The notes under the pieces were generated by a model, which worked only from the letters and a program-made list of their open reading frames with translations, ran no database searches and was not told where the DNA came from. Positions 47,150-56,837 of a stretch of 64,000 nucleotides of DNA are shown here, in pieces. Positions within the stretch are counted from its first letter, which is position 1, and each line of letters begins with the position of its first letter. A program made the position numbers and the translations under genes. Source of the stretch: Candidatus Aminicenantes bacterium (GTDB lineage Bacteria > Acidobacteriota > Aminicenantia > Aminicenantales > Aminicenantaceae); contig WVXO01000064.1 of NCBI GenBank assembly GCA_011773465.1, positions 57,929-121,928 on the forward strand, written 5' to 3'.

Positions 47150-48589
47150 ATGACAAATTACTTACTCATCATGGAGAACGATGTGCTTAAGGCAAGACAA
47201 AGAGGATTGACAAGGAAGGATGAGTTTATTACTTTCTTGGCTATGAATATCTTAATCATCGCTGGCGGAATTTCATTAATCATCTTGATCTGTTTTTTCT
47301 TTCTGTTTGCCCTTTACAGTCTTCTGGAGAAAGAAAAAAGAGCTTTCTGGCGCAGCAGCGTTGTCGTTCTTCTTTTAATTATAATAAGCCTTATTTTTTT
47401 CCTAGTTGAACCCCCGTTAAAAAATTGGCTGTTTGCCATCGCCCTTATTGTACTCTTACTGGATCTTGTAATCCTGCTCTTTTCTCCTTTAAAAAGAAAA
47501 TCAACAGAAATTGTAGGGAAACAGAAAAAAATTGATGAAAGAGATGTTATCTTTGCTCGTTTTGAATATAAGGAAGGCACTGCGACTTATAAGGAGTATT
47601 ATACGAGAAAACCTGAATGCAAGAAGATAGATGATGAAATAAGAAGAATTCCTGACATCCTCTCTCCTCCTCATCTGAAAAAACATCCACATCTTTTCTC
47701 TCTGGCTTCTGCAGAGTTTGGCTTTCTTGAACATCAATTAACTCAGGTAAGTGGAAGAGAAAGTAGAGAAAAGTCTCAATTATCACCTTCTGAAAGCACT
47801 CGAATAATAAAGGAAATTATAAAATATTTGGGTTCTGATCTGTGCGGCATCTCTTCTTTAGATCAAGCTTATGTTTACTCCCATGTGGGGAGAGGGCCAG
47901 AACATTATGGTGAGGAAATAAAGCTTGAGCACACTTACGCCATTACTTTTGCTTTAGAGATGGATTTAGGGATGGTTGCAACTGCGCCTAAAGAACCTGT
48001 TATTGTCGAGACTGGGAAGAAATATATCGAAGCGGCAAGAATATCTATCATCGTTGCTGATTTCATCCGCCGCCTTGGATATCCAGCCAGAGCCCATATC
48101 GCGGGAAGCAATTATCAGGCTATGCTACCTCCACTCGCCTGGCTGGCTGGATTAGGAGAATTAGGAAGGCTGGGGATTCTTATCACCTCCAAATACGGGC
48201 CCAGAGCGAGATTAGGGCTTATTACAACCGATATTCCTCTGATTGAGGATAAACCGAAAAAATTGGGTATCCAGAATTTCTGCCAGAAATGCTATAAATG
48301 CGCTAGAAATTGTCCGGCCCAGGCTATTCCTTACGAAAAGAAGGTAGAGGTAAACGGAGTGTTGAAATGGGCGCTTAATCGAGAGGAATGCTATAAATTC
48401 TGGAGAAGAGCAGGTACTGACTGTGCTGTTTGTATTTATGTCTGCCCTTACAGCAAATCGGACAATGCCTTCCACGGCTTTATCAGGAAAGTTATGGAAA
48501 ATTCTGCTGTTGCCCAGTCCTTTTCAGTCTGGGCTGATGACTTTTTCTACGGTCGCGTTCCCCTTCGCAGAAAATCACCTTTAGGTTAA
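47150..48589 (+). CDS. Membrane-anchored reductive-dehalogenase / epoxyqueuosine-reductase (RdhA/QueG)-like Fe-S protein.
   Basis: Three N-terminal TM helices. 'AGLGELGRLGILITSKYGPRARLGLITTDIPL...FCQKCYKCARNCPAQAI...CAVCIYVCP' parallels RdhA/QueG cores. Confidence 0.6.
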   Translation: MTNYLLIMENDVLKARQRGLTRKDEFITFLAMNILIIAGGISLIILICFFFLFALYSLLEKEKRAFWRSSVVVLLLIIISLIFFLVEPPLKNWLFAIALIVLLLDLVILLFSPLKRKSTEIVGKQKKIDERDVIFARFEYKEGTATYKEYYTRKPECKKIDDEIRRIPDILSPPHLKKHPHLFSLASAEFGFLEHQLTQVSGRESREKSQLSPSESTRIIKEIIKYLGSDLCGISSLDQAYVYSHVGRGPEHYGEEIKLEHTYAITFALEMDLGMVATAPKEPVIVETGKKYIEAARISIIVADFIRRLGYPARAHIAGSNYQAMLPPLAWLAGLGELGRLGILITSKYGPRARLGLITTDIPLIEDKPKKLGIQNFCQKCYKCARNCPAQAIPYEKKVEVNGVLKWALNREECYKFWRRAGTDCAVCIYVCPYSKSDNAFHGFIRKVMENSAVAQSFSVWADDFFYGRVPLRRKSPLG

Positions 48590-48626
48590 GATGTGATGAA
48601 TCAGACCCATTCAAATATGAAAAAAG

Positions 48627-48758
48627 TGCGGGTTTGATAAATCAAACTCTTACAGATTCTAAGAAAAAATGAGCTCGATGAATCAAGCCCCTACAATAAA
48701 TAAAGGTGGGCTCGATGAATCAAGCCCCTACAGATGAATCAAGCCCCTACTTAATGGG
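48627..48758. repeat. Cluster of family A REP-like units.
   Basis: 'gggtttgataaatcaaactcttaca', 'gctcgatgaatcaagcccctacaa' and 'gggctcgatgaatcaagcccctacagatgaatcaagcccctac'. Confidence 0.8.
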
Positions 48759-50372
48759 CTTATTGTATTTTTTTTCTCCCAGGGGAGACCACATTCCATA
48801 GCTTTCTTCATGGATCCGGCATTTGCCTTCAGATGTCCAACTGAATCCGTAGTTATAGCCGAACCACAGGTATTTATCTCCGCCTCCATTCTCGGTGGTG
48901 ATGATATAGCGAGCAGCTACATTCCCGATTCCAAGCACCTTTCTCCCTGGCAAATTTGTATCTCCTTTATTAGCATCAAAAGGAATCCAGCCATAAGGTG
49001 GGAGATAAACTTCAGTCCAGCGGTGATAGACATCATCATAGCTGGCGTCATCTCCACGGCGGCTGACTGCGCCCACATAGCGAATGGGAACTCCCAGAGT
49101 TCGGCAGAGGGCAATCATAGAATATGAATATTCTGAGCAGGAAGCCGTGCCTCGTTTAAGAACTGTAGGAGCAGGATTCCAGCCTCCCAAAGGCTTGAGG
49201 TTATAAGTCAGGTGATTTCCTAGAAAATCATAGATGCGGCGGGCAATCCAGTAAGGATTCTTTTCCTTTCCAGCGATTTTTTGAGCAAGATTCTTGATAT
49301 AAGGATCATTGATACAATATTTATCCCCATCCTGGGTATATTTTTTTCTTATTTCTTTAGGGATGTCTTCCAGGCCGCCTATTTTATCCGGATAAATAAA
49401 GTACTCCGCAGCATATATGTTTGCTTTCACTTTCCAGCCTGGCTTGACGACTGAATTGCCTTTTAAATCTTTGAAATTAAAATGAGCAATTTTCTGTCCC
49501 CAGCTATCTTCGATAATTTCACTCGGTTCAAGGTCAAACCCGACAGGTTCCAGGAGCGATTGATTGTCACGGATTTGGGGAATAGGAAGATAGATGTCTA
49601 AAGTCTTTACTGTCCCTGGACCGTAGTTTCGAAATTCTTTTATAAAATGAAGGGACATCTGACGCTCATCCCACTTGGAGAAAATATCTTTACTGAAGAC
49701 ATCTATCTTGTATATCTCATCATTTTCATAATCGACATTCCAAAGTGAATTATCTCCCCAGGCTAGGCCATAGGCGAACGGACCATAGGCACGCAGAGAA
49801 GAAAGGCACAGTCCATCAGAAGGATTGACTAGATAAATCCGGTCTTCACTCCTATCTGTTACCCATAAATATTTACCGTCATATGCGATACCTGCTGGTT
49901 CTTGGGCCGGAGAGGGAAAGTTTTGGACCATCATCCCGTCCTCGGGGGAAACTTTGATCAGGATATCTCTCCTGTAGTCAACGATCCAGACATATTTTCC
50001 GTCCCAGGCAAGATCACGAGGATTGGAGCTGTTTGATTCCAGGATCGATAGAGCTCTTCCTGTTTCAGGGTCTAAGAGGTACATGTATTTCTCCCCAGAA
50101 TCTATATGCCAGAGATGTTTTCCGTCCCAAGCCAGCCCTTCAGGATGGTGGCCAGGAGAGTCAAAACTTTTAATAATTTTTCCACTCTCTGGATTTACCT
50201 TGTAGATTTTATCTGTAAAATTATCCGCAAGCCAAAGATTTTTCCCATCATAGGTTAGACCTGTCGGGCACGGCCCGGGCGTTTTTATTACTTTTTGGAT
50301 GTCTCCAACTTTTGCCCAGGATAAAGATGAAAGAAGAATCAAAATACAAATGCCTATGCTTATCCTTTTCAT
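48747..50372 (-). CDS. Secreted protein with N-terminal 'DG..LW..D' beta-propeller repeats and a C-terminal transglutaminase-like cysteine protease domain.
   Basis: Signal peptide. Repeats 'LTYDGKNLWLADNFTDKIYKVN' (four copies). Transglutaminase core 'GTASCSEYSYSM...HRWTEVYLPPYGWIPFDANKGD' (Cys-His-Asp). Confidence 0.7.
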   Translation of the reverse strand: MKRISIGICILILLSSLSWAKVGDIQKVIKTPGPCPTGLTYDGKNLWLADNFTDKIYKVNPESGKIIKSFDSPGHHPEGLAWDGKHLWHIDSGEKYMYLLDPETGRALSILESNSSNPRDLAWDGKYVWIVDYRRDILIKVSPEDGMMVQNFPSPAQEPAGIAYDGKYLWVTDRSEDRIYLVNPSDGLCLSSLRAYGPFAYGLAWGDNSLWNVDYENDEIYKIDVFSKDIFSKWDERQMSLHFIKEFRNYGPGTVKTLDIYLPIPQIRDNQSLLEPVGFDLEPSEIIEDSWGQKIAHFNFKDLKGNSVVKPGWKVKANIYAAEYFIYPDKIGGLEDIPKEIRKKYTQDGDKYCINDPYIKNLAQKIAGKEKNPYWIARRIYDFLGNHLTYNLKPLGGWNPAPTVLKRGTASCSEYSYSMIALCRTLGVPIRYVGAVSRRGDDASYDDVYHRWTEVYLPPYGWIPFDANKGDTNLPGRKVLGIGNVAARYIITTENGGGDKYLWFGYNYGFSWTSEGKCRIHEESYGMWSPLGEKKYNKPIK

Positions 50373-50536
50373 GAAAACCTCCTTTAAACGCTTCTAGCTT
50401 TCTCCAATTATAAAAAAAAGATAAGTCTTTAGCAAAGATTTTTGATTTATTATTTTAGGAAGGCTCTTTGGTTTGACAGTCGAGCTTTAAATAATATATG
50501 GTTAAAAAAATCAACCCAATTTGAAAGGAGAAGGGA

Positions 50537-51862
50537 ATGGATACCACTCGTAGGAATTTTCTTAAAAGCATTGGTTTGGGCATCGGGAGTTTAAGTGTTT
50601 TTGGTTTATCCGCAAAAAGCGCCCAAGCTGAACTCAAGAAAAAATTGGCCAAGATAAAAGATTCATCTCCAACCGATATCGCGCAAGATGAAGATTTCTG
50701 GTTCTATGTCCAGCAGGCATTTGATTGTGACCGAAGTATCATAAATCTTAACAACGGAGGTGTTCATCCAGCCCCAAAAATTGTCATGGATGCTGTTCAC
50801 AGATATCTTGATTTCGCTAACGGCGCTCCTGTTTATAACTCATGGCAAGTCCTCCGGCCCAGAAAAGAACTCATAAGAAAAAAACTGGCTGATACTTTCG
50901 GGTGCTCGCCTGAGGAGATTGCCATCACCAGGAATGTAACTGAAGCCATGCAGATAGGTCTCCTTGGGATAGATCTTAAGCAGGGTGATGAACTCTTGAC
51001 CACAACCCATGACTATCCTTCCATGAAATATGCCCTTTTGCAGAGAGAAAAAAGGGAAGGAGTCAAAGTCAAGATGTTTCCTTTTTGCTATCCGCCCAAA
51101 AACATAAATGAACTGGCTGATGCCTTTAAGAAAAATATCACTCCCAGGACCAAGCTCATTGAAGTCTGTCACATCACCAATTTGACGGGTCAGATCTTTC
51201 CGATTAGAGAAATCTGCCAGATGGCAAAAGAGCGAGGAATAGAAGTGGTGGTAGACGGAGCTCATGCTTTTGGACACTTCGAGTTCAAGCAGAAGGACCT
51301 CGACTGCGATATCTACGGTGCTAATCTCCACAAATGGATGATGGCTCCTATAGGCACAGGTTTTCTCTATGTAAAAAAAGAAAAAATCAAGAAGATATGG
51401 CCCCTTTTTCCTGCTCTTGATCCTCAAGGTGATGACATCAGAAAATTTGAACACATCGGAACTCATCCTGATTACCTGGAGCTTGCCGTAGGTGAGGCCT
51501 TGGCCTTCCATCATGGGATCGGTGGTAAGAGAAAAGAAGAGAGAATGCGCTATCTGAGGAATTACTGGGCAAGAGCTCTTGAAAAGCTTCCCGGCGTAAA
51601 AATTCTAACTTCTTATGACCCAGAACAGTCTTGTGGTATAGGAACTTTCACAGTAGAAAACATGGATCTGTCTAAGTTGGTACAGATTCTGTTCGAGAAA
51701 CATAAAATCTACATCATCACAGTCGGAGTGCCATCTTTTGAACTGGATGGTGAACAGATTACTGGGATACGCGTAACGCCAAGCATCTACACAACCCTTC
51801 GCGAATTGGATACCTTTATCGAAGCAGTTTCCTATTATGTAAAACACGGGCTTCCGCAATGA
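50537..51862 (+). CDS. Tat-exported class-V-fold PLP-dependent enzyme (isopenicillin-N-epimerase / cysteine-desulfurase-like).
   Basis: 'TTRRNFLKSIGLGIGSLSVFGLSAKSAQA' Tat signal. 'VVVDGAHAFGH' and 'NLHKWMMAPIGTGFLYV' with PLP lysine. Confidence 0.7.
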   Translation: MDTTRRNFLKSIGLGIGSLSVFGLSAKSAQAELKKKLAKIKDSSPTDIAQDEDFWFYVQQAFDCDRSIINLNNGGVHPAPKIVMDAVHRYLDFANGAPVYNSWQVLRPRKELIRKKLADTFGCSPEEIAITRNVTEAMQIGLLGIDLKQGDELLTTTHDYPSMKYALLQREKREGVKVKMFPFCYPPKNINELADAFKKNITPRTKLIEVCHITNLTGQIFPIREICQMAKERGIEVVVDGAHAFGHFEFKQKDLDCDIYGANLHKWMMAPIGTGFLYVKKEKIKKIWPLFPALDPQGDDIRKFEHIGTHPDYLELAVGEALAFHHGIGGKRKEERMRYLRNYWARALEKLPGVKILTSYDPEQSCGIGTFTVENMDLSKLVQILFEKHKIYIITVGVPSFELDGEQITGIRVTPSIYTTLRELDTFIEAVSYYVKHGLPQ

Positions 51863-52001
51863 AGAAATGAAATCTCTTCTCTCGAAGATATCTCGAATAG
51901 AGATACTTAGCAGAGGTAAAAACAATTACCCAAGACACGGATATTTAGCAAGGATAAAGATAATCACCTGAGATAAAGATATTTGAGGAGTATAGCACAA
52001 G

Positions 52002-53225
52002 ATGAGATGGAATTTGGAACATGATCTTGATTTGATAAGGAAGGAATTCCCGATTTTAGAACGCTGTGTTTATCTCATCAGCAATTCATTGGGAGCTGTT
52101 CCCGGGAGAGCGCTGGAGAATCTACAGAAATTTTATCAGATTTGGGCAGAGGAAGGTGTGAGCGCTTGGGAGAAGGAATGGTGGGGCCTTTCGCGAAAAG
52201 TAGGAAATCAGGTGGCTTATTTTCTGGGAGCAGGCGAAGATGAAGTGACAATGATACCTAATGCAACTCACTGTCATTGGGTCGCTCTTTCGACTAAATT
52301 TCTTGCCCAAGACGAGAGAAGAAAAAAGATTGTCATGACAGACCATGACTTTCCTTCCATGATATACGCGGTCTCAAGAATCTCAGACTTCAGGGGATGG
52401 AAGGTTGAGATAGTGAGAAGTAACGGCAATCCAGGAATTGACGTCGAAGATATTTTAAAACGAATAGATGAAGAAACCCTTTTTGTTGCCACCTCCCATG
52501 TTTATTATAAATCAGCTTATATCCAGAACATAAAACAGATTTCTTCCAGGGCACGAGAAGTAGGCGCTCTGACTCTTATCGACGGCTATCATGCACCGGG
52601 TATCATTCCCGTGGATGTCAAACAACTTGATGCAGACTTTTATATAGGAGGCTGTCTGAAGTGGCTGTGCGGAGGGCCGGGAAACGCTTTCCTTTATGTT
52701 AGACCAGAGCTTTCAGAGAATCTCGATCCTCAGTTAACTGGCTGGTTTGCTCACCGAGAACCTTTCCTTTTTGCTCAAGATATGGAGTATGCCAGGGGAG
52801 GACAAAAGTTCATGTCAGGTACTCCGCCGGTACCTTGCCTTTACACAGCAAGGGCTGGCCTGGAGATCCTGAAAAAAATTGGAATCCCTGAAGTACGGGA
52901 TAAGTCGCTCTCCCTTACTGAGTTGATCATAAAAAAAGCCAAAGAAAGAGGATATCGTATTTTCACACCTGAAGAGAATAACCTCAGGGGAGGATCAGTC
53001 TCAATCAGCTTGCCCCATGCTTTTCCCCTTAAGCAGGCTCTAGATAAGCGTAGAGTTAAGGTTGATTTCAGGAAAGGGGATGATAAAGAACCAGATGTTA
53101 TAAGAGTGGGCCCTCATTTTTACAATAACGATGAAGAAATCGATATCTTATTCAAAGAAATCGATGCTATTTATGCTTCAGGAGAATTTAAGAAATTTCC
53201 AACGGGAATAAAGCATGTGACCTGA
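52002..53225 (+). CDS. Kynureninase-like class-V-fold PLP-dependent enzyme.
   Basis: 'YLISNSLGAVPG' (compare kynureninase 'YLDGNSLGA.P') and 'GGCLKWLCGGPG' (compare 'SYKYLN.GPG'). Confidence 0.5.
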   Translation: MRWNLEHDLDLIRKEFPILERCVYLISNSLGAVPGRALENLQKFYQIWAEEGVSAWEKEWWGLSRKVGNQVAYFLGAGEDEVTMIPNATHCHWVALSTKFLAQDERRKKIVMTDHDFPSMIYAVSRISDFRGWKVEIVRSNGNPGIDVEDILKRIDEETLFVATSHVYYKSAYIQNIKQISSRAREVGALTLIDGYHAPGIIPVDVKQLDADFYIGGCLKWLCGGPGNAFLYVRPELSENLDPQLTGWFAHREPFLFAQDMEYARGGQKFMSGTPPVPCLYTARAGLEILKKIGIPEVRDKSLSLTELIIKKAKERGYRIFTPEENNLRGGSVSISLPHAFPLKQALDKRRVKVDFRKGDDKEPDVIRVGPHFYNNDEEIDILFKEIDAIYASGEFKKFPTGIKHVT

Positions 53226-53237
53226 TGCAAAATTAAG

Positions 53238-54272
53238 ATGGAAAAAATATCAAGGCGGAATTTTTTGGATGATTCATTGTTTTTAATGGGTTCTGCTCTT
53301 TTTCTCCCCTTTAGTTCACTCCGCTTGAAAGGGAAGGCTTTCTTGGATAACAGGGAAAATTCGAAAGAATACCCTTCTTACCTCGCACTTGATAAGAAAG
53401 GGACGCTTTCCGAGCGCGAAGAGAAATTGTATTCAATATATGAGAACTGCCATCTTTGTCCCCGAGATTGTCGCGTCAACAGGAAGGAAGGCCAAGTTGG
53501 AAGATGTCAGGCTACTTCCAGGGTAAAAATTTCAAGTGCTGCTCCCAGTTTTGATGAAGAACCCCTTTTGGTAGGGAAAAGCGGGTCTGGCGCCATATTC
53601 TTTTCCAACTGCGGGTTAAGGAGTGTTTACAGCCATGATTATAAGATTAGTATCGAAGGGGAGGGGATAGAAATATCAGACCAGAAATTGGCAGAAGAGA
53701 TGGTCAAACTCCAAAAAAAAGGATGTCACAATATCAATCTTGTTACTCCCACTCACTACGCACCCAACATCGTCAGCGCCATCCAGAAGGCTATCCCCCT
53801 GGGTTTCCGAATTCCTGTGGTCTATAATACACGCGGGTATGAGAAACAGGAAACTTTACAGCTTCTGGACGGCATAATCGATATCTACCTTACTGAGTGC
53901 AAATACATGGATTCTGAGCAGGCAGGTAAGTACTCGGCTGAGGCTTACAATTATCCTCACCATGCTAAGCTTGCCATTAAAGAGATGTACCGGCAGGTCG
54001 GGGATCTAAAATTAGATTCAAGAGGAATTGCTGTACGAGGATTGATTGTGAGGCATCTGATCCTCCCCAACAGGATAGCTGGAACAGAGAAATTTTTAAT
54101 ATTCATTGCCGAAAACCTTTCCAAGACTACCTACATTAATATTATGAATCAGTATCAACCTCGATACAAAGCCTCCGAATATCCTGAAATAGCCCGGAGC
54201 ATTAAGAGAAGCGAGTATAATGAAGCTCTAAAATGGGCCAAGAAATATGGCCTTACTCACCTGGCAAGATAG
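53238..54272 (+). CDS. PflX-type (COG1313) radical-SAM-fold protein with a degenerate CxxxCxxC motif and a Tat-like N-terminus.
   Basis: 'CHLCPRDCRVNRKEGQVGRC' matches the PflX N-terminal 'C.LCPR.C.V.R..G..G.C'. 'EEPLLVGKSGSGAIFFSNCGLRSVYSHD' aligns with 'EEP..SG..GSGTIFFSGCNLRCVFCQN', with two Cys replaced by Ser. N-terminus 'MEKISRRNFLDDSLFLMGSALFLP'. Confidence 0.55.
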   Translation: MEKISRRNFLDDSLFLMGSALFLPFSSLRLKGKAFLDNRENSKEYPSYLALDKKGTLSEREEKLYSIYENCHLCPRDCRVNRKEGQVGRCQATSRVKISSAAPSFDEEPLLVGKSGSGAIFFSNCGLRSVYSHDYKISIEGEGIEISDQKLAEEMVKLQKKGCHNINLVTPTHYAPNIVSAIQKAIPLGFRIPVVYNTRGYEKQETLQLLDGIIDIYLTECKYMDSEQAGKYSAEAYNYPHHAKLAIKEMYRQVGDLKLDSRGIAVRGLIVRHLILPNRIAGTEKFLIFIAENLSKTTYINIMNQYQPRYKASEYPEIARSIKRSEYNEALKWAKKYGLTHLAR

Positions 54273-54454
54273 GTTAAGAAATAATAGAAAAAACCTGAAA
54301 TTTAGCCAGAGATTTACGGGTGGGGGGTGTCTAAAATATAAGTTCTGAGAGATCATTTCAGCATTCAGTAAAGGACCGACAAACTTGTTGATTTAGTTTT
54401 AGATTTGCCTTAAATTAATTATTGGAAGACATTTGTGCTTAGAGGATTATTTTA

Positions 54455-56815
54455 ATGAAAATCCTTAGAATTTTTCTCCTTACTCTCATTTCATTTTGCC
54501 TACTGCTTCAAGGAATTCATGCTGAAATTGACTATCGATGGAAGGATGTCTACATAGGCGCTTTGGAGGCCAAGGCCTGGGGCGGCCTTGTCCTTGCTCC
54601 AAGTCAAGATAGTGTATTTGCTTTTCGAATCCAAATTGAAAAAGAAAATGAAGTTGCTGACGGAAATGACATTTTATATCTCATATCTGAAGTTGGCCCC
54701 CACTCTCCCGACTGTTCGTATGCAAGGATAAAACTGGATTTGAGCCTTCCTTTTAAAAGAGGGAATGAAACTCCGGTTCTTATAAAGCCTCCCTCAAGAT
54801 CAGATACATTAGTTTTGGAGTGGTCACGTCAGGATGAGCGAACAGTCATAGGAAGGATAACTTCTCCACCGAATGTAAAGATTAATCTTATTCATTATTT
54901 CCCCTGGAATTTTGAAGGAACATATCTCATTCTTCCTGATGGCCAGATAAAAGGAGAGAGTTCGGGTGTAATTAAATATCATTATTTGCTCTGGACAGAT
55001 ACAAAAGGAGATCTAATCACAGATTCTCTTGGTGATGAGTTGGCTGTTTCTTTCTTTATGGAAGATAATAGAGCTATTTATTTTGTGGCAGGAGTAGGGA
55101 AGGAAGAAAAGATTTTGAGCGCCCGCACGTATCGCTATAAAAACAAAGGAGCAATCGATTCTATGCTAGAGGAGGAAAGAAACAGATATAGAGGCAAAAG
55201 AGTAAGAATAGAGGGACTCCACGAAGGCACGGCACGGGCAATCACAAATAACCTATTCTGGATGGTGCTTTATCAACCTGGCAGCCATAGACTTTACACG
55301 CCAGGAGGGCGCGGATTGATCTTTTCCACTCCCGAAGGAAATCCTGGTCATTGGACGATATTCGAATGGGATTCATTCTTCAACGCCTTAGGGGCATCTG
55401 TGGAAAGTTCTAAGCATGCGAAAGACATTTTAAAGGCTGTCCTGGAAACTCAGTACGCTAATGGCAATATCCCTAACTGGAGAAGCCGGTTTGGAGGGAC
55501 ACCAGACAGGTCTCATCCTCCAATAGGTTCTTATATTGTCTTGAAATTATTCCAGAGGCTGGGAGATTTGGACTTTCTGAGATATGCTTATCCTTATCTT
55601 ATAAGGTGGCATTATTTCTGGAAGCAGGAGAAAGATAACGGACAACTTCGCCGGGATGGAAATAGAGATGGTCTTCTTGAATGGGGAACAGATACAGAAT
55701 TTTTGCCTCAGAGTGTTCCCCCCTGGAAAGAAAATATAGAAGGAAAAAAACGAGCTATGCGAGAGTCAGGACAGGATGATCTGCCTAATTGGGACGATGC
55801 TCCCTTCAGTCAGGAAACGGGAACGTTAATTATGAACTGCATCGATTTAAACAGCCTCTATACTCTCGACGCTTGGTGCCTGGCTGAAATTGCAAATATC
55901 CTTGATAAAAGAGACGATTATAACAACTTCTTCTCCGAATATGAGGCTATGAAGGAGCTTATAAACGAGCATCTTTGGGATGAGAGAGAAGGATTTTATT
56001 TTGATCGCTACTGGGATAGCAGATTCTCAACAAGAAAAGCAGCCTCGAATTTTTATCCTCTGCTTGCCGGTATTCCAGATAAAACGAGGGCCTTACGAAT
56101 GCTCAGACATCTCCTTGATCCTGAAGAGTTCTGGGGTGAATTCGTAATACCTACGATCTCCCGGGATGATCCCTCTTATAAAGATCAGCAGCGCTGGAGA
56201 GGGGCAATCTGGCCTCCTACCAATTATTTAATTTATCAAGGTTTAAAGGCTTATCATTTTGATGCTATAGCTTCTGAGCTAGCCAAAAAAAGCTCTGACT
56301 TGTTCCTCCGGACATGGGAAAATTTCCAGCTTTGTCCAGAAAATTTTGATTCAAGGACAGGAGAAGCAGGAGGGCAAAGATTCCAGAGTTGGGGTTCTCT
56401 TTTTGCTTTAATTGCTCTGGAAGAGTACTTAGATTTTACTCCCTGGGAGGGATTCAGGTTTGGAATGATTGATCCTGATGGAAGAGGCAAGCTTTCCAGA
56501 ATTTCCATCCAGGATCGTCACTATGATGTAGAGGTTTCACCCTCTGGGATTAGGCTTAAAGAAGAAGGTAAAGAGATTTTTAGGGCGAAGGGAAGCGCCG
56601 TTTTTCGCCAGTTTCTTTATTCTGAAAATGAAATCTCATTTGAAGTGATAACGTTAGAGAGAAGAGAGATAAGGATTCAATTTCTAACCAAAGGAAAATA
56701 TGAACTTTTGGTGGATGACGAGACAAAAAAGGTGTTTAAAGGAAAAGGAGTGAAGTTTAGAGTTCCTGAAGGCGAACATTCTGTTTTGATTCTTCTTTTA
56801 GAAAAACAGGGATAA
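54455..56815 (+). CDS. Secreted (alpha/alpha)6-barrel glycoside hydrolase, GH63-like (processing alpha-glucosidase / mannosylglycerate hydrolase family).
   Basis: Signal peptide. 'HWTIFEWDSFFNALG' resembles the GH63 'FLWDEGFH' motif. Trp and acidic residue-rich C-terminal barrel. Confidence 0.45.
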   Translation: MKILRIFLLTLISFCLLLQGIHAEIDYRWKDVYIGALEAKAWGGLVLAPSQDSVFAFRIQIEKENEVADGNDILYLISEVGPHSPDCSYARIKLDLSLPFKRGNETPVLIKPPSRSDTLVLEWSRQDERTVIGRITSPPNVKINLIHYFPWNFEGTYLILPDGQIKGESSGVIKYHYLLWTDTKGDLITDSLGDELAVSFFMEDNRAIYFVAGVGKEEKILSARTYRYKNKGAIDSMLEEERNRYRGKRVRIEGLHEGTARAITNNLFWMVLYQPGSHRLYTPGGRGLIFSTPEGNPGHWTIFEWDSFFNALGASVESSKHAKDILKAVLETQYANGNIPNWRSRFGGTPDRSHPPIGSYIVLKLFQRLGDLDFLRYAYPYLIRWHYFWKQEKDNGQLRRDGNRDGLLEWGTDTEFLPQSVPPWKENIEGKKRAMRESGQDDLPNWDDAPFSQETGTLIMNCIDLNSLYTLDAWCLAEIANILDKRDDYNNFFSEYEAMKELINEHLWDEREGFYFDRYWDSRFSTRKAASNFYPLLAGIPDKTRALRMLRHLLDPEEFWGEFVIPTISRDDPSYKDQQRWRGAIWPPTNYLIYQGLKAYHFDAIASELAKKSSDLFLRTWENFQLCPENFDSRTGEAGGQRFQSWGSLFALIALEEYLDFTPWEGFRFGMIDPDGRGKLSRISIQDRHYDVEVSPSGIRLKEEGKEIFRAKGSAVFRQFLYSENEISFEVITLERREIRIQFLTKGKYELLVDDETKKVFKGKGVKFRVPEGEHSVLILLLEKQG

Positions 56816-56837
56816 TTTAGATAGTCTCTTATCCCTT

